A stretch of DNA of 64,000 bases from Lama glama (GCA_028534125.1 CM052822.1:67518001-67582000), one strand, 5' to 3'. Positions 1 through 11,730 are shown, counted from the first letter of the stretch. The notes: generated by a model not told the origin, from the letters alone. Translations and numbers: made by a program.

Positions 1-420
1 AGCCCCGTCGGGGCCACCTCTGGACCGGGGGACAATCTTAAATCGATTAGCAGCCTCCTCGCGACCTCCATGGGTCCGAGCCGAGTGTTAACAGCACGGC
101 GAAACAGTTGTGCCCTGCTGAGGGGCAAGAGTGTGCTAGCGAGTCATTCAAACTTCCAAAACGTCCCACCCGAATTCCCACCGACCAGCTAGGAAATGTA
201 TTGATGGAGCCACCGATAGGTGAAGGGAGGCTGTTCCCAAGAGGAATTCGTTTAATGTCTGTAAGCCAAGAGAAACTTGAAATGCGGTGTTTGGAGAAAG
301 GACCGGAGAGGAACCCTGCGAGTTTATAAAAAACACGACTTAGATGCGAATGCTTTCGACTTCCGAGTTTGGAAGATACGAGATAAAATTCTAAATGACT
401 GTGACACCTCGGAAAGGGGA
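1..420. promoter_or_regulatory. Edge of a CpG-rich (island/shore) promoter-like region continuing off the left end
   Basis: Many unmutated CpGs (e.g. ctcgcgacc, ccgagccgag, cacggcgaa, ccaccgacc) that fade by about 450; the sequence is non-repetitive. Confidence 0.6.
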
Positions 421-974
421 TACTACAGATATCCAGATAAAGCCAGATAATAAGGTACTTGGCACATAATAGGCCACTAATAAATATTTTTAAAGGAAGG
501 ATGAGATTGATAGGAGTAAAAGCAGCTAATATATCCAATAGAGAAAGATTGCCTTGGAATCATAACGACGTTAATTGGAAGGGATATTAAGAATTACGGG
601 ATCAGATAGTTGTAGCTGAATTTCGCAGGCATTTCTATCGCTGGTAAACTCCCTAGAGTTCCCATCTCACCCAGCCCCAGGCAGAGAATCACTGATCTGT
701 TCTAATCTTTTTATCTTTGAGAAAAGTAATTAACTTGCCTAAAGTCTCAGATCTGAGCTTGAGCTAGTTTCTCCACTCTGCATCCAGTCCTTTCTCTACC
801 ACACCATGGCTTGTCACAAAAAGACTTGCAGGAAAAGAAACACCTGGAAATCAGAGTTGACCACAAAGTGAATGAGTTCTAAAATGTATCTTGAAGAAAA
901 GAGAAGAGTTACTGTAACTTTAGCATATGTTTAGAGGCATCTCTCTTGAATTAACACCTTAAAGATCTGTTCAA

Positions 975-1066
975 AGAAAAATTATGAATAATATCTTCCT
1001 TAACTACCTCACAGAGGTTTTGTAACAAGCAAAAGAGATCACGTATTTTTAAAAGTACATCGTAAA
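975..1066 (+). mobile_element. MIR SINE core fragment
   Basis: ctacctcacagaggttttgt...gagatcacgta resembles the MIR core. Confidence 0.5.
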
Positions 1067-1259
1067 GGATGTGTGTTGTCAGGGACAGAAAGGCAGCCTA
1101 AGCTATCATGTTGGAGTCAGGGTGAGGAGGGCATCCACACGAGGAAGGGACCTGGTATGGGTGTTCCCGGTGCTGGAGGGGCCACCTGGCCTTCGGATGT
1201 CAGCGTAGGTGAAGAGAAGAGGGTAGCCAAGCAGAGGAGGGGACAGCAGCGGTGATGGG

Positions 1260-1960
1260 AAGTTGGTTCTGTATAAGAGGATTGATCCAATAAGTGAATA
1301 TATTAAGGAAAATGGGAGCCAATTTTTCACTGTTGAGGAAGAGAGTCACAAATATGGAAAGAAACTTGAATGAACCTTTTAGTAGTGAGCTGGTAATGGA
1401 GGTGTCAACCTCTTTCTATTTATAGAAATAGACATGGGTGTATAAGCCCGTACATACTCTGTCCACTGAGAGGTTCTGCAACACAACAAAATAATTAGTA
1501 CATCTAGCCCAGATCTTGGCTTCTCAATACCATTCTCCTCTTCATTTTACTTCTTGGTAAAATGGCAGATTCCAGACCTGGAGAAGAGAAATACAGTATG
1601 AGAATGAAGCTGCTAGTTGTGCCAGAAAAAAAAGGACATGTTCATATCAAAAGGACACAAGCCAACCTGTGTCCCTCTGGCCAAACCTGGGACAAAATAA
1701 AAAATGATAATAATGTATTAAAACCTGTAGAATACCATAGGAAACCACACAGATATAAATAAACATAAACAAAGTTTGAAAAGGTTTGAAAAATATACAT
1801 AGTTTCAAAGTATATGCCCACAATTAAAGGAAATTAAAGTAGCATTACAGTGGAGAAGTCAATCAAGCGGTCAAGTGCCATCAGTAATGGGACAAATCAA
1901 AATCCTCCACCAGCTAATAGGATCAAATGAGAATATCAGCATCACTTCTGTGTATTTTCG
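1260..1960 (+). mobile_element. Old L1 3' UTR (L1MC/L1MD-type)
   Basis: Segments cccagatcttggcttctcaataccattctcc, ggccaaacctgggaca and cagcatcacttctgtgtatt match the extended L1MC/MD 3' UTR. Confidence 0.7.
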
Positions 1961-2169
1961 CCTGGTCTACTTAGTTGAATCTCCAGTTTGGAAATGGAAC
2001 TAATTCCAAAGGTATGTCAAAAAAAATCAATAAGAATAAAAACACTATAAGGCACACAAACCTGTGAGGAAAGGTTAAAGAAACTGTAAACACAAAGATT
2101 TGACCTTGAGAAGAAAGGGATGAAGGCCGGAACTCTAGGTAATGTCAAAATTTTAGTGACAAGCTCCAT

Positions 2170-2370
2170 ACATAGTAATTAAGAGCATGCGCTTGAATTC
2201 CACAACCTACTATCTGTGACAGCTTACTAACTATTGGGTTTTAGTTTTCTCATTTTAAGGGATGATAAGAATATCTACCTCACACAGTTAGTTGCATTAA
2301 ATGAGAGAACAAAATACAGGCCACAATTCTCTGTATGTAATAACCCGTATAGCTGTTAGCTATAATTATG
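2170..2370 (+). mobile_element. MIR SINE
   Basis: ttaagagcatg...ttttctcatt...atctacctcac...attaaatgaga...gttagctataatt. Confidence 0.7.
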
Positions 2371-2950
2371 AAAAATTATTTTACTTCTTAATAATAATAG
2401 GACAGAAGAGCACCTGGAAGGTTACGAGGGAAGACTAGGAGTGTATCATCCCAAAAACAAGGGGGGAAAGAGAATTTCAGAAAGAAAATATTTTGAGGAA
2501 AAGCGCCCAGCTCCACACCAGCATTGGTTGGCAATGACCGTGAGGATCCCTGTGCCTTTCCCCTTTGCCGGTACTCTTGTACCTACCATGCGTCTTACCT
2601 AATTTTCATATCAAATCTCAGTTACTCTGTGGATTGTTTTAAACACTCCACTTGTCCATAAACCTTCATTTCTCTAAAAAGAATGGTTTGCTCCAACCTA
2701 ACGACTCTGCTTCCTACTACCACCAAGACTGGTCTGTCTCCATGACCATGTCTGCTGGTCCCTTCCTTAGTATCCCTTCTCCTTCCCTTTTCTTCAAAAC
2801 GCTGTTCAAAACCTACCTTCCCAGTCCTCTGACTCTACTGTGTTCTTTCTATACATAAAATTTAATTTGCTTATTATTGTGTGCTCCTCAAGTTTTCAGT
2901 CAGTGCCCGTACATTCTTTCTTTAGAAGATATTTATTTTTCTTCCTACAG

Positions 2951-3226
2951 ATTCAGAAACCGAAGGAGCTTGTTTCCGAAAGACTATCCATACTTGAGGA
3001 AAAAACACAATGGTTAGAAAAAATTTTAACAAAAGAAGGGAAAATGGAGGAATATTTACCAGGAGCTCTGGACACTTTCTGGTGAAGAAGACCATAGACT
3101 ATTTGTCCTACGCAAAGTGATTTGGGGGTGCTGAAAAAAACCACCCATGCCAAGTGCTTCTCTTCATCAGCCTACCAGGGTGCATAACATTCCCATTTAT
3201 AAAGTCATCCCTTCAAGACTGCGTAG
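2951..3226 (+). other. Candidate spliced exon (lncRNA, or small coding exon; phase-0 frame IQKPKELVSERLSILEEKTQWLEKILTKEGKMEEYLPGALDTFW* ends at 3085)
   Basis: Strong acceptor tttattttttcttcctacag ending at 2950; purine-rich unique sequence; possible donor ag|gtaggg after 3226. No homolog recognised. Confidence 0.35.
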
Positions 3227-3307
3227 GTAGGGTCCTCTGTCCTCCGAAGGCTCCTGAGCAGATACGGATACACCAAGCATGAGAGGTAGCCCACTGGTGG
3301 TACACTT

Positions 3308-3475
3308 TTTTCTGTGGAACAACTTACACTAAGAAATATTCTGGGGACTGAAGGGTTTCCATAGTCAAGTAAGTTTAGGCAACGTTACATACTGTGCCTT
3401 CTGCTGTTCAAAAACAAAAACAAATCTGGAGTCCGTGCAATTTTGACTCAACATCTCCCAAAGTCATCTGATCTT
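3308..3475 (+). mobile_element. hAT-Charlie non-autonomous DNA transposon fragment (MER112-like)
   Basis: ttctgtggaacaac...gggtttccatagtcaagtaagtttaggcaac...catctcccaaag resembles this family. Confidence 0.45.
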
Positions 3476-3559
3476 GTGTTCTTTGTACTAGTCTTCCAAC
3501 TTTTCTGTATTTTTGTCATTTTTCATAAGTTTAAAAGTAAATTTTTAAAAATTTTAAAA

Positions 3560-3687
3560 GGGGATGAGGGTATAGCTCAGTAGTAGAGCGCACACTTAGC
3601 GTGCACAAGGTCCTGGGTTCAATCCCCAGTACCTCCATTAAACAGACAAACAAACAAACAAACAAACAAACAAATAAATAAATAAAA
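3560..3687 (+). mobile_element. Camelid tRNA-Ala-derived SINE (vic-1 type)
   Basis: ggg..gagggtatagctcagtagtagagcgcacacttagcgtgcacaaggtcctgggttcaatccccagtacctcca has Pol III A and B boxes and an AGC anticodon relic, followed by a (CAAA)n(TAAA)n tail. Confidence 0.9.
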
Positions 3688-4046
3688 TTTAAAAATAGAG
3701 CCTTTCCTGAGTTTGTTCAGAAGTTAAGTAAATGATATTTATGTAGTGGACAACACCTCTCTTTCAGAGATCAAAGTGCTATGGGACTGTTATTTTGTTT
3801 AAGCTTCATAACCCAAAGGGTTATGGAAGAAGGAGGTAAAATTTGAGCCTTCTAAACAGGAATAGGGAGGGGCACTTTTTCAGAAAAGAGAAAGTGTTCT
3901 AAATGCTCTTAGTGCTGTGCCGCCACCCCTCCATCCCTTATCTAATTAATGAGAGATGTTACTTATGGGTGTGGGCCACACATGTGGACAATGTGGAAGC
4001 AGAAAACAGTTGATAACCACTGTGTTAGTCTATGTCTCCTTACAAA

Positions 4047-4262
4047 NNNNNNNNNNNNNNNNNNNNNNNNNNNNNNNNNNNNNNNNNNNNNNNNNNNNNN
4101 NNNNNNNNNNNNNNNNNNNNNNNNNNNNNNNNNNNNNNNNNNNNNNNNNNNNNNNNNNNNNNNNNNNNNNNNNNNNNNNNNNNNNNNNNNNNNNNNNNNN
4201 NNNNNNNNNNNNNNNNNNNNNNNNNNNNNNNNNNNNNNNNNNNNNNNNNNNNNNNNNNNNNN
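4047..4262. other. Assembly gap
   Basis: Run of N. Confidence 1.
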
Positions 4263-4455
4263 TTAGGTTAAAACTAAGGAAATATGAATAAACCATAAGC
4301 TTTAGTTAATTATAATGCATCAGTATCAGTTTGTTAATTATAGCAAATGTATCAGACAAATGGAGGATATTAATAACAGGGGAAACTTGGTACCGGCATA
4401 TGGGAACTCCATACTGTCTTCTCAAATTTTCCGTAAATTTGAAACTGTTCTTTCA
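4263..4455 (+). mobile_element. Old L1 3' terminus (L1MC/L1MD)
   Basis: ttaataacaggggaaac...atatgggaactcc...aaattttccgtaaatttgaaactgttct. Confidence 0.75.
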
Positions 4456-4789
4456 GGGGCCTAGATCTTAGAGCTATCCCATCATCACAAATGCTTTGAA
4501 TTTGTATATTACTTTGGTCTATCAAAAACCTCTTGTGTACATTACCTACAAAGTCTCCATGTTTCAAATACCAACCCATTTATTAAAAAACCGCTATGCA
4601 GGACACTAGATTATAGCTTCCGCTTCTGAGTTCTATGGTACTTTGGTACAATTGGAGAAGGTACAACTGGTGGGGTGACACAATGTTACTGATAAAGATT
4701 AAGTCTGGAAAAGTGTGCATATCTGTCTGTATGTATGTGTCCATGTTATTAGCCTGAGAGGATTGGCAAAATTGAAAAGTAAAGTACTT

Positions 4790-5050
4790 ATTCATCCATC
4801 CATCTATTCATCCATTCATTCATTATTCAGCATCTGCTCCATATATCTGGTAGTTGCTAAGAACACAAGGGTGAGACGCATTCGCTTTCCTCACTGAACT
4901 CTCACCATAAAAGAGATAAGCAAGTAAATATAAGATTTTAACACAATATTCTAAGTGTTGTGATGGGGAGAAACACAAAGAGCTTTGGCAGCACATGGGA
5001 AGGACATCTAATCCAGACTGGGGTGGATCAGGGAATGTGTAGTCCTAAAG
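4790..5050 (-). mobile_element. L2 LINE 3' end
   Basis: (CATT/CATC)n tail followed by typical L2 3' sequence (gagctttggcagcacatgggaaggacatctaatccagactgggg). Confidence 0.75.
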
Positions 5051-6289
5051 GACAGACAACATTGAAAGAAATCCTATGTCCTTCACCATCCCTATTTGTA
5101 AAATACTAAAAATTCTACTTTTCAGGCAGTAAAAGGAAGTTTTGCTCCCACCTTAGGTAGAGGTGGGGATATATATATATTGGTTTTTGATTTTTCTGGT
5201 TATAAGAAGCAAACCCAATAACCAAGGTAGTACTTCCTAGTAATGGGGCTGAGGTGTGTATCTTTAAAGGGGACCAAATGAGAGGCTGTGCCAAATCTCT
5301 TGTGTATCAACAACAACACACATCTATCAAGCACTCAAGGTGTGTTTAGCAATACTGCTGATATAAAGAAAAAATTGATAAACACTGTAATAGAAAATTA
5401 TGGACAAGTTCTTAATAAATTTTGTTTCCATTTTTATATCAGGGGTGATACTTCCCTGTTTCTGATTGATGGCAATCAGCAGTCACTCCTAATGATCAAT
5501 AAACAGTTTTTAAAACTCAAAGAATCTCTTTCACATTCAACACAAATGACAAGGAATTCTTTTGTGACCTGAAAATTGCAGCATTTAATATGTATGTTAT
5601 AAGTTTGGATATTGTTCATTGTCTTTAAATTCCTCATATATGACTTATAAGCCTTTTGCCTATAGATAACTAATTTACAACCTATTAAGTCTATAGATTT
5701 CATTAAATCGTGAGTCCTACTTCTTAATTGTATTGCCTCACAGATTTATTCCTTTATAGGTCTTAATTAAGAAATTAACATTAAAACCAAAAGGGGTTCG
5801 AAGTTTTAGTTTTGTTTTCTGGTTGCACAAAAACTATAAAATACCAGTGAATATCTTTCTTCATAGTATTGGAAATAGGGTTTAGAATTGCCAGCTATCT
5901 TTTGCTTAAATACTTTAAAATAGGAATTAATGTATAGCTAACCTTAGTATTCAGGTCCAGTTATGGGAAAGAAGTTTGTATTCTAATATGTCTGAGAGAA
6001 AAATAGCTTTAAATGTGATTTTAACAAATACACCAAGAAGAATTACGTTAGCATGTAGTAACAAAAATAAGTTGGGTTAATAAGATTTTACTGAGGTCTG
6101 TTTCATGTAAGGCACTATGTTCAATGCCACGGGATTAATGAAAGAAATATATAACTGGTTCCTGCTTTTAAGAAGTTTATAATTTACAGGAGTGAAAAAA
6201 TAGTGAGCAAAGAGTTAGTCATGTGGTACACAGGGAGCCCTGAAAATCCTGATTTTCAAAGGACTTGGAGCAGAGAACACTCAATTAAG

Positions 6290-6545
6290 AACAAATACAG
6301 AATTGCAGCGTAGATTTGTATAAAAGGTATGAGGAAGACCAAAGCCTAGGATGAGCTAGGTCTTGCCAAAATAAATTAGGGAGAACTAAAAGGACTCTTT
6401 AATCTATATTTAGAGTGAGAAAAAGAACAAGGAAGGTGTAGGCATGATGGCTGGGGCAGATGTTGTAATACTGACAGATGATAAAGCAAAATTCTCAACT
6501 TCTATTTAATTTTCATCTTGTATCAGAAGATATCTTTTGAACTAG
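6290..6545 (+). mobile_element. CR1/L3 LINE ORF2 fragment (pre-RT linker)
   Basis: Decayed version of the CR1 ORF2 region RKAKAQNELRLAK..KKGFFSYV.SKKKNKEG.G..LG.DG..LTDD..KA.LLN.YF. Confidence 0.7.
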
Positions 6546-6574
6546 AAAACACTCTCTGCCAAAAAAAAAAAAAA

Positions 6575-7380
6575 TGGTACATGAGACTAAGTGTGGATTT
6601 GATCCACTTATTTGTAGCAGCATTGGGAAGCCTGGAAAGGTTCTCTACTTGAAACTAGACTTAGCTTTCTGAGGGGGCCAAAGGGAAGTTTCAAGGTATG
6701 GGAGAGGCAGAGGCAGGCGGTACTACAGAGACAGATCCAGGTGCAGATGCATGAAGGATCAGCTTATACAAAGGAAAAGTGAGACCAGGTGACAATGCTA
6801 AGGAAGCTATTGGTGTTAGGACCAGAGACAGGGGAGTAGCGAACGGAAAATAGAGATAGTATCTACGTGCAGGAACTACCCTAGATGCTTAGTATACTTT
6901 ATCTTATTTAATCCCTGTAACAACCTTAATGAAAGTAGCATTTTGATCCTTGGACTTATCCAATGTGGAAAATAAGATTTAACTTGCTAAGCTTATGCAC
7001 CTAGCAAGAGGAGCAGGTAAGATGTGACCCCAGCTGCATATGACTTCACAGTCTCTTTCCTCTATATGCTGAAGATGGCCCAGTAATATGGAACCCAAAG
7101 GATAATAAACTCAAGAATCAGAGTCACCTATCGGCATCAAGGAAGTCTGTGAGTAACGGCGGGCTCCCGTCTTGAGACAGGAGTTTAGGGACTGGGTGAC
7201 GTTCCCACGGCAAACAGACTGGCAAGAACAAAGTTAGGTACTAGGCCTACCCTGTCGTGGATATAGCAAAAGAATGACTTGTCGCAGGGACTAGGACAGA
7301 GGCCAGGAATTAGAAGCACAATTCAAGGAAGGGTGACTTGATGCTGAGCTGTTTAAGTACTTCCTGCTAAGATTCATGCC
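6575..7380. mobile_element. Possible very old LTR (MamGyp-like), interrupted by a MIR
   Basis: Purine-rich, LTR-like composition only; family not securely recognised. Confidence 0.25.
6865..7068 (-). mobile_element. MIR SINE
   Basis: atcttatttaatccctgtaacaacc...taacttgctaagcttatgcacctagcaag. Confidence 0.75.
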
Positions 7381-7384
7381 AGGT

Positions 7385-8035
7385 GAGAATGGTGAAGGGA
7401 AATCCCAGGACTGTAACTGAAAAGAAGGCCTGGAGAGCAATCTGTCAGATGAGAGAGGAGGACAGGAGGGTGGGAGGACAGGAGGAAGGTCTCCAGGAGT
7501 TAAAAAATAAGGAAATGTATAGATTGCTTGAAATGATCTTTTTAACATTAGGAAAAAAACTGATGACAGTTATCCTGAAGTATGGGGGGGGGCGGGAATT
7601 AATAAATAAGCAGTTTAAAGTAAGCAAAAAAATTAGTTGATGTACACTATGATTTTCTATAGTGAATCCCATTTAAACTCTGGCTACTGAGTTTTTTTTA
7701 AATTGTAATATAACTGTATTTAGATGATGGGAAGAGTAGAAGAGGGGATGGATGGTGAGAAAGAGAAAAATCCTCAACAGCAATAATAGAAAGTCAGTAG
7801 GTAATGTCCATAATAGAGAAATAGCCATATAAGTATTTTCATTTGGAAATAGAGAGTTAAATAACAGAAAAGCAGCTGAAAGTGTGGAGAATGGGTCTGG
7901 GTGGCATGGGGTGAGGGAGCAAAGGCGTAGTGATGACAGCCAGAGGACTGCTTTTCTCATTGTAAGTAATTTGTACTGTTTGGCTTATGACTTACATCCT
8001 TGTATTATGATGATAAATTGCTAACTTTTTAAAAG
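7385..8035 (+). mobile_element. HAL1 (half-L1) 3' portion
   Basis: ggtgaagggaaatcccagga...ggcctggagagcaa...aaatcctcaac...gaaagtcagtaggtaatgtc...ggactgcttttctcattgtaag match the HAL1 3' region. Confidence 0.7.
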
Positions 8036-8261
8036 CGGGTGGGATTGGATTGATTGTAAAAGAAAAAGGGGAAACCACACCAAAAGTAATTGTGGGTCTT
8101 CCCAAGAAAGCTTCAGAGAAGCATCAAGCTCCTGTCGATACATTTAAAGAAAAGGAGTGAGCCACGGGACAGTCACCAGGGTAACTCATTAAAGAACCTT
8201 TGAACCACCTGGAACAGGTGTACACTCCCTTCTTTGCCTCAGAAACAGAGTAGCTGGCAGC

Positions 8262-8440
8262 AGTGGCTTTGCCCTAGGCCAACAGTTGTCAGACTACTGG
8301 GCTTGTTAAAACTCAGATTGCTTAGCCCCACCCTCGGAGTTCCAGTAGGTCTAGGGTGGGGCAAAGAATCTGTGTATCTCACAAGGTCCTAGGTGATGCT
8401 AAGGCTGCCGCAGGCCTGGAACCGCACGGAGAACCACTGA
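8262..8440 (+). mobile_element. MER5A (hAT-Charlie)
   Basis: gcttgttaaaactcagattgc...cagtaggtctagggtgggg...ggtgatgct...gagaaccactg. Confidence 0.85.
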
Positions 8441-8609
8441 TCTAGACAGAAGCTAGAACTGCCCTCCATAGAAAGTGGGCAGCATGCCAAAGGAGGGCTC
8501 CTGATAAGGGAACTGAGGGTGAGGAGTTAGAAAAGCAGCAGGGCGGAAGGTCACACGGTCTTACAACAGAGGCCAGAAAGAAGAAGGAAGAGAAGGAGGA
8601 GGAGTAAAA

Positions 8610-9185
8610 GATCAGGATAGAAATACACTCAGCTGCTATTTTCCCAGAATAAAGCCCTTCTTCCTTTGATAACTGAGAAGTTCCCCAACCTGCCGGGCTG
8701 CTGCTCACATACCTGACCAGGAGAATGCCTATAAACACTCCTCGCCCACCTACCTTAAACCTACAGTCAGGGCTCCCATTCAGGGAAGAACCATGTAGAT
8801 AAACTGCAGAAAAAGCCCAAACTATCTGCACACTAATAAACAGAAATGTATATTATAAATATGAAGGGACAAAAAGGCATATGAGGAAAATCAACAGCCT
8901 AAAAGAGAAGGCTGGAGGGTTATCTGTCAGATGAGAGAGGACAGGAGGGCAGAAGAAAGAGGCAGGTCTCCAGGGACTGAAAGATAAGGAACTGATCTTT
9001 GCTCAAAAGGATCTTTTTAACATTAGAGAAAAAAAAAAAACAAAACTAATGACAGTTGTATTGGCGTATAGGGGAAAAATTAATAAATAAGCAGTTGGAA
9101 AAATAAGCAAATAAAAAATAAGTTGACTTTAAACTTTAGGACAAACAAAAGTTGTAAGAGAAAGGAAACAATCAGAGTACAACTA
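8610..9185 (+). mobile_element. Second HAL1/L1M-type fragment (5'-like segment joined to HAL1 3' segment)
   Basis: 8905-9126 is a diverged copy of 7423-7640 and continues into aacaaaagttgtaagagaaaggaaac, as in HAL1. Confidence 0.6.
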
Positions 9186-9595
9186 TGTCCCAGACCCTCT
9201 TCTAGGAGCCAGAGGTGCAGCAAGAACTTTAAAAAGTAAAATAAGACAAATAACTGTCCTCGTGAACTTGCATCCTAGTGTAGGAAGTTGACATCCTAAG
9301 TGATAAGATCTAAAAAAACTTCAGTTAAGGAATGGTCCAGGGGATAACTGGGCATGAGAGATGATGTGTGGTAGTTTTAGATTGAGGCAAAGACTCATGA
9401 GAAGTGACTAAGACATGAAAGTGAGGAGGGACTGGTCATCTGGCTACCTAGGGAAAGTATTCCAGCCAGAATAGCCAGTGCAAAGGCCCTGGGACAGGAA
9501 TGTACCCTGTAAGGTCCAAGAACACCTGGAGTGAAGAAAGCAACAGGGAATGTCACTGGGGAGAATATGAGAGAGGTAAGGGGATGGGGACCAAA
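9186..9595 (-). mobile_element. L2 LINE
   Basis: gggaaagtattccagccagaatagccagtgcaaaggccctgggacagga is a hallmark L2a segment. Confidence 0.8.
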
Positions 9596-9619
9596 ATTTC
9601 CTTTCAAGTATATGAAATG

Positions 9620-10660
9620 TCCTTTCAACTATAAGCATTTATAATTCTGCACTTTTGAGCAAACCTTGACGGTCAAGAACTTCCATTTCAAATAGGCATT
9701 GATGAGAACCAAATCATCTGTGTACAAATCTATATACCTGATGATTGAAAGAATTTTCCAGACTAGCTTCTGGCTCCATACATTTAAAAACCTAGTTTCT
9801 CCTCCCTTTTTCACATGCTTCATATCAAATTACTAATTCTAGCCCTATACCTTCATGACATAAACCAGGGTGAATCAACACAGTGGGCAGAAGGAGTGTT
9901 CCTGGTGATGGCCGTGCGACGAGGCTGGCTCACTCTGGCTCATAGGAGTCCACTGTTAAGTTTTCATGCATTTGAGGAGCCACTTGTTAAACATAGACAT
10001 TATTAAAAATTAAATAAACTTATGATTACATAAATAATACTAAAAACAAAGATAATAAATACTCAAAACTCATCATTTCCCAAAAATTTCACTACATTTT
10101 ACCATTGCTATGCTCTTGAGGTTATTTACATCTACTGAGTCCTTATGCTGATTACTATGTAACGGTGTATATGCTTCCCAACTCAGCTAACGGTGATGTC
10201 ATACTGACAGCTTGAAATGGGCCACAGTGGGAGTATTTACACCATAGATATTGGCAAACACTACAAATTCAGTTGCTAAACATTTACTGGAATGCCACCA
10301 CCCGGTAGCCATTTCTATCCCAGAACAGCTAGCCATAGCATGGCTGTACACAGATCTGACTACGACCTACGTAAATATGTTCCACAAAAACGAACAAAAT
10401 GAACCCCTGACTCACATTCCCCTTATCTGTGGCCACGCTCCCATCATTCAACAGAAGGCTAAGTGTGAAGGAGAGGAAGTCGGAGTAGAAAGAGGCAGGA
10501 GTTTTAACCAGTTGCAGTTAAAATATCTTTTGCAAATTTTCAAAAAACAAGATTATGTAAACACTTTGCTTGTGCACCTCCTCAGATGTTGAAGAAGCTT
10601 CAGCAAGTTTGGGGCCCTGAAACACAAGCTTCATTAGCGTCGTGGTAAATCTGCCTCTGT
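9620..10660 (-). mobile_element. MER115/Zaphod (hAT-Tip100) DNA transposon, split by MER63
   Basis: Terminus ggggccctgaaacacaagcttcattagcgtcgtggtaaatctgcctctg is the reverse complement of the MER115/Zaphod end; internal sequence continues on both sides of MER63. Confidence 0.75.
9908..10300 (+). mobile_element. MER63 (hAT-Blackjack)
   Basis: ttgttaaacatagacattattaaaaattaaa...aaatactcaaaactcatc...ggagtatttacaccatagatattggcaaacactacaaat...gttgctaaacatttac. Confidence 0.85.
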
Positions 10661-10909
10661 TCCAGAACTTTCTAGGTGTTTCTACTGCTCCTTAGTGGCT
10701 CCTACCCAGGGTTGACTCCAGGGCTGGGGGCAAGTGGGGTGCAGGGACAGCGAGGACCCTGGCACCAGACACACTGTCTGTGCTCTTCTCCAGTGCTGCC
10801 TGATGGCTCTCATGCACACGCACTGGAAGGACTTGGCATGTCTCCTTCAATCTTCCTACCTGATAGCAGCTGCCCTTGTGGCATATCTTTCTTAGCCTTT
10901 GTTGCCAAA

Positions 10910-11324
10910 TCTATCCTAATTTGCTACAACAAAATGCCATAGACTGGGAATTTTAAACAAAAGAAACCCATTCATCATGGTTCTGGAGTCTAGAAGTCCA
11001 AGATCAAGGTGTTGGCAGGATTGCTTTCTTCTGAGGACTCTTTCCTTGACTTGAATAGATAACTGTCCCCTTGCCGCCCCTGCGCACGTGGGTCCCCCCA
11101 TGCTCTCATGCTCCTGGCGTCTCTCTGTGTGTCCAAAACTTCCTCTTCTTAAAAGGACGCCAGTAAGATTGGATTACAGCCCACCCTAAAAAAAAAAAAA
11201 AAACACCTCCTTTTAACTTAATCATCTCTTTGAAGACCTTATTTTCAAATACAGTCCCATCTGAGGTACTGGGGTTAGGACTTCAACACCTAAATTTGAG
11301 GGGGACACAATTCATCCCATGACA
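10910..11324 (-). mobile_element. MLT1 (MaLR) solo LTR, MLT1A/B-type
   Basis: ggttctggagtctagaagtccaagatcaaggtg...tgaggtactggggttaggacttcaac...ggggacacaattcatcccatgaca. Confidence 0.9.
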
Positions 11325-11409
11325 TGATCCTCCCTGGGGACATTAAGCGTCAGATTCTCACTCCAGCATTAATCGTAAAAAGTGCTGAGAAAGGACCTGG
11401 TTTATAAAA

Positions 11410-11730
11410 AGGAAAACATAGCAGTATTTCAAAAACTATCACTCTGTTATAGAATTATTCAGTAGAGATCTGCAGAGAATAGAGATTAGAAGTAAGACCC
11501 ACGTTTGGAAGCTACAGGGAGGCAGGTTTCAGTTTTGTGTGAAATTGTTGCATGAAAGTGGTACTGTCTGGTACCCAAAGAGCCCTCCATCACCTGACGC
11601 ATTCAAAGAGAACTCAGTTATCAGAGAGACATGCCCAAGCAGATGCTGGAAAACAAGTCTGAGGGCATTCACACACCAGATAAGTCTTCAAACTGGATGC
11701 CCTTCAACCTTCTACTAACCCCACATTACC
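11410..11730 (+). mobile_element. CR1/L3 LINE 3' end
   Basis: ggaagctacagggaggcaggtttcag...gagccctccatcacctgacgcattcaa. Confidence 0.6.

Noticed and set aside
47-538. 163-aa minus-strand ORF at the left edge
   Set aside because: No recognisable protein, and the start is not an ATG; probably a chance ORF.
3560-3637. tRNA-Ala(AGC) gene (also at 25576, 46677, 59402, 61652)
   Set aside because: Acceptor stems are disrupted, the complete copies have A-rich tails, and some have TSDs. These are tRNA-derived SINEs.
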